This document shows, in pieces, positions 54,458 to 64,000 of a stretch of DNA of 64,000 nt. The notes beneath the pieces are model-generated. The model was not told where the DNA came from and did not search any database. It saw only the letters and a list, made by a program, of their open reading frames with translations. Every line of letters starts with the position of its first letter. Positions within the stretch are counted from its first letter, which is position 1. The position numbers and the translations under genes were made by a program. Source of the DNA: Ptychodera flava. Lineage: Eukaryota. The stretch lies in NCBI RefSeq assembly GCF_041260155.1, contig NC_091939.1, forward strand, positions 23,707,744-23,771,743. The letters are read 5' to 3'.

Positions 54458-57400
54458 GTAAGGACCAAGTTATGTTTTCTCCTCCGTAGTCACTTCCAAT
54501 ATTGATCCGTGCTATCCTTTTCACTTTTTCTGGATGCCTTTGTTATCGCCCCATACTGAAATAAACTGAAAGCGGCGCTATCGTCTTGTAACGACGCCGT
54601 ACTGTTAAAAAGATGTTTTTATCTGACTTTCATATATTAAGGAAGTTTTGCAAATTAAGACTTTTCGCTTTTCCTTTTATACAAATGGTAAAGTTATATG
54701 CTGCGAAAAAGTGAGCACGACGTTAGCAATCACCTCAAATAACTTAAATGGTCAAATTTGACAAAAGGTAATTGATGTAAATATTAAAGTCTTGAATGCC
54801 GGTTGCTTTGAGAATTTGTCGCTTCAGAAATACTTGTATCTCCCAAAATATGGTGAGAGCTCGAGGCATGACGCCATTCATGATATACGATAATGGGTCT
54901 GGTGAAGGGCATCAAATCTGTGAAAACAAGAAGCTGAGTTCCGACAAGTTCAAATTTTCGATATTTAAGGTAGATTGCTCCTCGGGGACAGATATTCAAA
55001 CTCTCAAAGTTACACTTCTCTGATCAGTCACTTGTGATGGCTCATTTTAAAACTTATGGAGTAACAATAACTTTTAGCGTTTAATTTTTTCGAAAATCGA
55101 AAATTCTATTTTTCTCCCATAGAGTTAACACAGGGATGGCGGCCATGTTGAATATCAAATATCGGTAATTGTTAGGCAATTTGTTTCTCTAGTACCAAAC
55201 TTTGCACCGTGCGTGATCCATGAATTTTATTCTTCATATGGTAAGAAAATGGTTGAAAGTTTCATTAAGGATTTTCAGCAAATTTGAAGTTTGAATCTTT
55301 CACTTTTGAGACTCGCATAACCTTAACATAGATAGGCGATTCGCTAAATCTGACAGATTACTATCCTAGGAGGCTTTCTCAAAGATAGAATTTTGTCAAA
55401 GGTAGGTCGATGTTACTTGTAAGACATAACAAGATTAATTTTTCCTTTAAACACTTTGTACAGTAAACACTGAAGGTGACACTAGCAGATCACTCAGATC
55501 AAAATAAGTGCCGTTTATTAACGTGACGGTTTCAATATATCCATCGCCATTTTGACTTCTCGAAATTTAATGATAAAGTTATATCTATAAAATGACGTGT
55601 AAATCTTCTCTTGTATGTATAAAAATACTGACGATGAAGCGAGGAAATAGCGTTTAAGGCAGTGAATCGTGAAAATAACCTTCGCTTTAAAATTTTCCGT
55701 ATGAAAGCGAGTTCTTTCAAAGAATTTGGCGATCAGTGACAGACGGATGAGAATCAGTATTAAGTTCCTTCCACTCTTACCTGGAGATGATCTTTGTTAG
55801 TGACTATTTTTGTATAATAATTGATCTTGTCAGATATAAATTTGGAAAAGTTTTTTATCCGGTAATGACACTTTATAGTATAACTGAATCGTCCAGAGTT
55901 TCAAGACATTTCAATATCGTCAAAATAACCATGTGTGGGCATTAGTGTGTGCTGCCGGACAGTGATGACTCCCCCCCGAGAAAATGTGGTGTATAGATTT
56001 GTGAAGATAATGTTTTGAGCGAGGCGCTCTTCGGTTCGTTTTCTCGATGCTGCCTGGAACAAATATTTCGCAAATTCAAAATCATATGAATTTGGGAGAA
56101 CGAAATCAGTAAGTTGAGAATTTGTGTTCGGTTGATAAATTAGCATTGATGAAGCTGACTCAATGGTGCAGGATCATCAATACCAATGTAATACCCAAAA
56201 TGGTTTCACTCGAGCGATATCGTTTCGTGCTAGAGGGTAAAACAAAATACATCTACCATTTACGTACGAGCCTTTCATAATACAAGCAATGTGACTCAGA
56301 CGCGTCCGTGCAAACGCGGACTCTCTCCTACCCGAGCAACCAAGAGAAAAATACTCTATAAGTGAGAAAATTCGGGTATAGATTCGATATAAAAGTACAA
56401 ACGTGAATTTGAAAGTTAATCTTTCTCGATAAACCTGACGTCTTTCCAGGATAGCTCTTAGCTTTTGATGAAACCTTCATGCTCATTTAAACCGTCGTAC
56501 ACCTGTGATGAAAGTGAGAACATGCAGACCATCACCATCATGTAGATTTGTAGTTTTAGAGGAATTTGTTGCTATTGTTTAATCTTACTAAAAGGGAATA
56601 CATCGCATCTGAGTTCGCGCCTTCATGTCTACTTATGTCTTCCCCTCATCGTTGTAGCCAATGCGACCGTATGCAAGCCCCCCTCGTGGTTTTGTTTCTT
56701 GACAGTCACAAAGAAGTTTTCTTGGACCCGATGACATTTTTTCGACTCATTCAGTTTCAGGTTAGGGTATATTGCTACCTCCTCGTGCATCGTGTTAGCA
56801 GTTTGGCTAAATGCCGTGATCAAACTTTACCCAAGTACTTCATATGGAAATATTGCTGTATGCCTGGTCCACCATATTGAAGCAGGTAGGGGAGGGGGCG
56901 GACTTCCGAAATACAACATTGGCACAGGGCGTTACGCGCGGTCCCGAAGCAAACTCGTTTTATGTTCAACCGTAAACACACAATGAGGAAAAGCTCTTCA
57001 AACATTTGTATAAGGGTCCAGCTCTACTGCTCCATTGAAAACCGAGTGAATGTGTGTTTTTCACTGAAAAGGAGAGTGCAAACGGAAAAGCGACGCCATT
57101 TTACTCTCCGTCCATACAGCCCACTTCAGCGTGTCACGAGTGGCCTTTGTAACAAGCGGCATTGATGCTCGGAAACAAGCATGGTTATTCATCATGCATT
57201 ATCTCCCAGATAAGGGTAGAAAATTTGGCGGTGGTTGTGGAGAATTCTCATCACTGTCTAGGTATATACTTGGTGGCCTAGCTTTGCGAACATTCCCCGT
57301 TCACACAAACTATCACTTGCAATTATACTCTGCATTCAATGGAATACCGTTATCATTAAAATATAGAAATAATTTGCATCCTAGTATAGCTTTTGTATGT

Positions 57401-60400
57401 GCGAGACCTTAAAAGCATCATTGACCTAACGGCCCCCGGGTAATCTTTATTAGAAGTGTCCACAGTTTTTAAAACTGTATTGGAATAGTGAAGTAACATC
57501 TGCGAGTCAAGGGGCGCTCTTCGAACTTTGTGGAATCCCATAGAAGAAAGAATTAGACCGGCTAAGTGGTTGGGGTAATGCGCGATGTTAATGGAAGCAC
57601 ATGATGAAGTCCTGTTTGGCGTGAGATTAGAGCGATGAGTGTTCTAATTATACTTTCGCCCATTCGGAATGACCTGTTCAAACACGACACTTGTTTCATA
57701 TGTGTAACCACTACTATCGCTGGTTGTGTTGTTGGTTTTGTTTTATAAAAGCCCGAAAACTTGGAGTACACTCACGTGTATCTGATGGAGATACCTTGAT
57801 CAGCAATGCGATGTACTTGTCATGGCAACCAAATTATTGCGGCTTGTAAGTCCTCCAGTCGATGGCGACGTACATGCCACTCACTGGCAGAATATCGCGC
57901 GATCGAGAGCTCATTGAAAAAGCGCGACACTTCGACCGATATTTTAGAAGTAAGGACTCTCATTTTCCGTCAATATTGGAGTCAGTTACACGTATTTTCT
58001 GCTAACCACTTACCGTATAAGTGGTTGCTCTCCACCGTGGGCACTGTTCTGATGAACATTTCCGTATGGAAACCTCATGTTGTGTGAATCACGCCCATCG
58101 AATGAAACTTTCAAGCACCTCTTTCATTTCTGCTCACAGCACGATTTGGCTACTTACATGAACAATAGCAAAGCTTACCATTTTGTTTTAAATTGTGATG
58201 CTTATTAAGTGTTCTTTCTTAGTGTTAGACCAATTTCCATCATATATGGTCTTCACAAAGTAGTTTTATATCAACACTGTGTAAGGACAGTCATATTTAT
58301 TGTCATCAACAGCACGAACACGAGACTGTTTTTATCTCTCTGTGTTTCACAACTTCAACGGTAAATCTGAATTCTTTTACTTTTCTAGTTCCCAAAAATT
58401 AACACGATCGCTCGTTTTGGAAGTTTTATTAAAAGCCTTCCCTCAACCGTAACAAAATTTAACATCACATAGGTTGGAAATAATCGATCGCGTACGGCTT
58501 GTTGTGTTCGAACCCACCGTCGTATGGTGGTGCATTACGACAATGGTACATCTTGGGGCAAAATACACTTTACCCGATTTCGAATGTGGACGATACTGCT
58601 TGTTCATACAAAAATAATACATTTAGACACATGTCGCCAATTTGTTTTTCAGAATATAATTTCGTTGTACCGCAAAGCAAAGTACTATTGTCCAGATCTC
58701 TTTAGACGCTAACCAAACAATGAGTGTCTGTTGCCGAATGGTTGCTGTCCTCCACCGCGGGCCTATTTTAGCTGGCCCGATGATAGATAGTGTGTCATTC
58801 CGTCCCATCGATTACAGTACATTAGTGCGTCTAAAGGATTTCAATTGAGCGGTGAAAATTGGTTTTCACATTGATGTCCAATTTTCCAATTCGATTCCGA
58901 AGCACAAAGCGCATTCCGATCCTCCGGATGGATCGCCGTGCCTCGAAAAGTCGAGCCGGGGGGATAGCATCTTGTCTCGTTGGTGTATGAAATATATGGA
59001 AGCGTCTGAGGTGTTTTTTTTATTTATTCTTTCGTTTCTGATGCAGTCGCATATGCTCATGACAGGATAATTAACGCGAATGTCAGCTTTTTATAGAGGG
59101 TACCATGACGCATGAAAAATGAAAGAGCAAATAGGAGCGACCAAAAGACCTTCTGTTAAATCTCACTATGCATGGCAGTTGAAAAGTAAAACAAGAGGTG
59201 GGATGCTCTCTCCGCTGTGTACAAAACAATTACCAAACGGTGGTACTAAAAAGCACCCATCCATTTAGATGGTTAAGATAGCATTCATGTGGCGGGACTT
59301 AACTCTCATTGCAAACACTCTCGGACAAACACTCTCTCTCTCTCCGTGTCACAATCGACGCGATGCTCCATCACAAAATGATCGAGCGAGAGAGAGACGA
59401 GGGAGAGAGCCAGAGCGAAAAGAAACGCGCTGTTTACCTTCGAGGCTTCTTTGGAGCCATTGCTACATTGAGAAAAAGCCGATACTCATTCATGGAGTCG
59501 AGCAACAATAACAGAACCTCAAGAAGTGCGAGGCCTTTTTTCCCAGTGACAGTCGGAGACCCCTCCGCGGCTACTTGAAGCCCGTGCAAAGTTCCGGGCC
59601 TTTGTACGCCGTTATGCGATTTGTTTACTAACTTTTTAATGTGTAAACATCGCTTAGAGTGAACGGGAGCTTTCTAACGCTGACAGCCGCCGCAGACTAG
59701 TGTCTGCCTTACCCCCAACACTCAGAAACATACAGTTATAATCCGCCATATTATGGTTGAAAGTAGTGGGTGGGCCGATTGTTTTAAGTGCATTGCTCGA
59801 CACAAAGGTATGCCAGCTTAGCAGGGTATGAGTGGATTGCTATGTCATGACTTTTTATTCTTAAGCCGGCGACACTTTCGCTGATTAACGATGGTCATTG
59901 TCCGAAACTTTCAGATCGCTGTGTGTACACTGCGTACAGGGACGTGTTTACTTAGTGTGGTCAAGCCAGCCATATAGTAAAATAAAAAAATTCAGGGCAA
60001 ATTCAGGGCAAATTAAGTTTATGATGTATGTTTTGACGAAAGAATGGGGAAGTTTTAAAAAAACAAGAGGTTATGTGAATCCGATTTTGCTATTCATAGA
60101 GTTTTGTTCCGTTGTTTCGATCGACTGACGCTAAATATTTAAGACATGTCATGTTTGAAAAACACGGATCCGGCCGTTGACACGCAATTCTTCTCGTAGG
60201 TTACTTCCTAACATCCCAGGATGACCGTGCCCGTCGCAAACAACCACGCTGTCTCCACAACAAATGGGAAGACAGCTTCGCTTAGTCGAAGGCTTACGGA
60301 GGACACGATCCTCCCCTCTCCCTCCCAACCGAAGGGACCGTGCTCTGAACTGAATGAATACACACGCCGCATATTTTAAATTCATGTGTACATATAAAGT

Positions 60401-61156
60401 TGGGTTTGTGCCAACCTATGTTATTTTCCCCGTTGCGCCATGTTCATTTCATGAAAGCATTTCCATGTTCTACATCAAACGATATTCACCATATAGTGGG
60501 CAGTTGATCACCCGAACCAGATCACATCCCCTGCACATAGCGCACAATGCTAGTATAGTATGTCTATCACATGAAGTAAAAAACAAATTATTTTCTTAAT
60601 GTACTTTAGGGCCATCATAGTAATTATGTTCAACGCTTATTCTTTGTGACATGCGCATTACTGACGGCGCAGTTACTCTAGAATTATTTTCCTTGGCATT
60701 TTATAGGAATGTGTCAATTACAGTCAGAGTACAACAATAGAATGTTAAGTAGATTTTAAATTACAAAATTTATAGTACACCCATATTCACCGCGTTCAAC
60801 TCGTATCAGGCAATAATACCTTCAAAACGAGAATAAAAACAAAAGTGTTATTCCGAAATATTTTGCAAAAGTACACGATGGCTATGTTGTTGCCAATTTT
60901 TCATTTGATTTATTTTTAACTTACTGTCACGAGTGTTGTCTACAATAATCCAACTTCTAGCCTATTTTCAGAAAAAATTTCGTTTTACATATACTGTGTA
61001 TTTGATAAAACTTTTCAACCATGTGCGGAGATAACTTCTCGTGGGTCAGTCACAGGCCACCATTTTAACAAGAACTGTGCATCACTATAACGTCAATTCT
61101 GGTCGGCCTATATACCTCCGACACTGACCCGTTCAGATATCTGTTCTTTCTTGCAG

Positions 61157-61224
61157 ATAACCCAGTTGAAAATCGCAAGTAATCCATTTGCGAAGGGTTT
61201 CCGAGACAGTGACCCCGACGACTG
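61157..61224 (+). CDS. Tbx1: Tbx1/10-like coding exon 6 (end of T-box: [22 protein letters not shown](W))
   Basis: Acceptor ctgttctttcttgcag| (AG at 61155-61156) and donor ACTG|GTAAGT (GT at 61225-61226). The translation [17 protein letters not shown] is identical to vertebrate Tbx1 over 17 residues. The exon ends in phase 2. Confidence 0.9.
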
Positions 61225-61761
61225 GTAAGTAAACCTGACACGGCCGCTTTCAACCGTCTAACCGTCTAAGGAAATAGATATGAATAACCCTGATGTGTTC
61301 TGGGAAATTGTCTGTAATTTCTGCTGATTGTAGACACGGGACCTCTGTCATCATACCAGTAACCTGTCCTATTCTTCAGGTGATTGTCGCCGTCAGGGTG
61401 ATGATTACTTTGTAATTTCTTTCAGTGTAATTTTCCAACTTACTGCAATTCGCACCTCAGGCTGGTAAATGTTTAAAGCGGCAACGGATTAGCCAGGCAC
61501 GGAAATAAGTTTTAACAGTATGCCGGTAAACTATAAAGCGTAAACTCTACATAATATTATTATTAGACTACGAATAAGCTATTTACCGAGAGATTAGAGA
61601 TACTACGCCATTTACCGCATGGGTAGATAAGGGTACATATTTCAAGCCCCAAATATAAACTGTTTTTACTGTTACAACATAATTTTGAACCATAATTAAC
61701 AAGACCAATCATATACAACTCGTTCAAATGAGCAACCAATCAGATCTTACTTGTCAAGAAA

Positions 61762-61866
<105 letters not shown>

Positions 61867-62002
61867 TGTACATTCCTATGAATCGAACTTGTAATACAGT
61901 AATTGTCTAGATTTTCTGCGGTCCTTCAACGATAACTAACGTATATTTTCCATACAATCACAGCTTGGTTGAAATATTGCCACACGGGCAGCCCGGCGCC
62001 AG

Positions 62003-62091
62003 GCCACGAAATCATCATCGTCCAAGTTCACTTCAAATCGTCGGCGTTGCTAGAGCAAGGACGCAGTCGCAGTGCAATCGTGAGGACCAAG
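62003..62091 (+). CDS. Tbx1: Tbx1/10-like coding exon 7 ((W)PRNHHRPSSLQIVGVARARTQSQCNREDQ); an alternative in-frame acceptor 39 nt upstream at 61964
   Basis: I chose the acceptor ggcgccag| at 62001-62002 because it restores the conserved Tbx1 motif D(W)PRNH(R)P. An upstream AG (caatcacag|, exon start 61964) has the better polypyrimidine tract. It is also in frame and would insert 13 aa. Donor CAAG|GTGAGA (GT at 62092-62093), phase 1 out. Read-through of this donor would hit a stop after 5 codons. Confidence 0.55.
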
Positions 62092-62810
62092 GTGAGAAAC
62101 AGTAAATAAAAGCGTTAATGATGCGCAGTCTCCATTTTATCACGTGACGGTAAATGCTGATGATCGTTGGAATATGTTTTCACGTTTTCCTAGTCTTCAA
62201 ACCATGTACAAGTTACATGTAAGGTGCTTGGTGCCCTCATTGGAAAATGGAAAGTGAAGATGACTTTTTAAATTGTTCCCGCCTCTCTGTATTAAATGTA
62301 TGCTGATTTTTAAAGAAGTTTTGTGTTTAGTTGTATTGTTTTTTTGTACAGAGTGGTCATTCACATGTAGCACTCGAAATTCGCTGACTTAGGCAGGATA
62401 GTTTAGAGCGTTTGCTTACTTTCCAAAGATCACGTTCTGCAGTGAGATAAGCCATTACACAAGTTTAAATGGACAATTGTATTTTATCTAATATTTTGTC
62501 ACAACGTTCTGTGAAAAAAAATGCATTTGTTATTCTCCTCCCTAAATGCATGTTGACGTGCATAGTACTAGCATTTCCAACTCAGTACAATGTTTTTTAA
62601 TTGAGAAATGATTGTAGTCCGGACTGAAATACACACACACAGAGGCTGTAATAACAGGGTGAAAGCCTGGCATTACAACAATAATAATTTTTTTGGGAGG
62701 GGGTAGATTGGAAAAAAATGAATTTGATAGAAGAACAAAACTATTGGACAATACAGATCAAACGTTACAATTATAAAGCTTTAAAGGAAATCATGTTTTT
62801 ATGATTGCAG

Positions 62811-63271
62811 AGAGACAAGAAGAAGAAAGGAGTCGGACTAATTCGAGTGTGTCGACGTCATCAACACTGTCACCAATGTCAAGTGCAATGCTCGCCAGCC
62901 ACAGCAACCACATGAATCAAAGCCCGCCATCTTTCTCGATGCACGCCCCACAGCCACCTCCCCCGCCGCCGCCGCCGCCTCCGCCCCCTCCCCCGATGCA
63001 ACTGAACACGGACTTTGCCGCCGGCCTGAACATGCAAATCACCCAGAACAGCTCGTGCGCCGAGCAGGGCTTCGCGCCCTACCGTCACGACAACCAATGC
63101 AATTTTGGACCCATATCCAGCTGTTACCTGAGGTCGCCCTCCACCAGCCACCGCACCACGCCCTACCCGCAAAATATATCGGAGTATCGCAATAACCCGT
63201 ACAGGAGTGCGGCATACAATGGACTAGGTTACTTCGGCCAGACTCAGTCCTTGGAGTACGGCACCCGATGA
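62811..63271 (+). CDS. Tbx1: Tbx1/10-like terminal coding exon 8 (Ser/Pro-rich C-terminal region with a run of 15 prolines; stop TGA at 63269-63271)
   Basis: Acceptor ttttatgattgcag| (AG at 62809-62810) is phase-compatible with exon 7 (g+ag gives Glu). A 153-codon open frame (track ORF 62801..63271) ends at TGA. The full 8-exon model sums to 1578 nt, which is 526 codons including the stop, with no frame conflict. Low-complexity Ser/Pro-rich C-terminal regions are usual in T-box factors. Confidence 0.6.
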
Positions 63272-63906
63272 TGACACTGAGCAAAAGGATGAACACTATA
63301 TATGAGCGTTCTTGGACGCCCTGCCGTACATGCAATGAAATCACACTGTAGACATGGAATGCAACAACGATGACTCGCTCGGATGGAATGGAAAAGTGAT
63401 GAATATGTATCGGACGTGATTTCCACGCTACATTTCTGCTTCGATTCTGTTTTATTTATTAGATTATACGAGAAATTTTACAGTGCAGGTACACTCTAAA
63501 TTAATTAAAATGAGTCATCTAATGAAATGATCACCAAAGATTGTCCTTTTTATCTTGTTAGCGAAACTTCCAAATAATTAAATTTAAGACTTACTTTTTT
63601 AATGTGCTAAGGTACCTACTTTTCGGGCGCTAATTTATGTAATGTTTAGCACGGGACAATTTTTAACTATTCACTACGCCTCGTCTTTCGTCAAGTAACT
63701 GTCAGTTTGGGAGGAATACCGGGCAGTTAATTTGTTTGCTTCCAAAAATTTCAGCGTTATAGACGTGGATGAAACGAGAGAACCAATCGTGGTGCAAAAT
63801 CGCATAATTGGATTCTGTGTTCGACTATGGACTTTGCTGCGAGAGGGTTTACTTTTTTCAAAATTCAAATTCACCATTCTTGGCCAGTGGTTCACGATTC
63901 TATTAA

Positions 63907-64000
63907 CCCTTTGAGTGCTGTAATTTTTCCCTCCAAAATTCTAGTGAAAGATTTTGCCATTTTCTAATTGTTTTTTTCGTAATTATTATGATAATTTTGG
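63907..64000. mobile_element. Second copy of the piggyBac-like MITE, truncated by the window end; TTAA at 63903-06
   Basis: CCCTTTGAGTGCTGTAATTTTTCCC[T]CCAAAATTC[T]AGTG... is ~85% identical to 35862 onward. Confidence 0.5.

Noticed and set aside
62879-63344. Minus-strand ORFs of 97 and 101 aa antisense to Tbx1 exon 8
   Set aside because: The GC-rich proline-coding sequence is open on the opposite strand by chance. The products are Arg/Gly-rich low-complexity strings.

Overview
This is eukaryotic (metazoan) nuclear DNA, not a prokaryotic accessory region. The window holds small exons with GT-AG boundaries, kilobase-scale introns, abundant microsatellites and TIR-type transposon relics. Two protein-coding genes lie head-to-head. 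(1) On the + strand, 40.8-63.3 kb, a Tbx1/Tbx10-family T-box transcription factor gene whose T-box domain aligns almost residue for residue with vertebrate Tbx1. I built a frame-consistent 8-exon model (1578 nt, 525 aa) with all junctions at canonical splice sites. (2) On the - strand, 18.1-2.7 kb, an 11-exon gene encoding an unidentified roughly 580-aa alpha-helical protein with a C-terminal coiled coil. I could not match it to a named family from memory, but the exon phases chain consistently and the total length is divisible by 3. The 22.7 kb between the two divergent starts and the long introns carry three foldback-type non-autonomous DNA transposons with 3-bp TWA duplications (PIF/Harbinger or Tourist-like), long G-run-containing TIRs and internal tandem arrays, including one 8 x ~180 bp satellite. 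There are also a short piggyBac-like MITE with TTAA duplications in two copies, a second ~230-bp MITE family in two inverted copies, and many di- and tetranucleotide microsatellites. I see no CRISPR array, operon, rRNA gene or convincing tRNA gene. The taxon cannot be assigned from sequence alone. All coordinates were counted by hand and may be off by a few bases.
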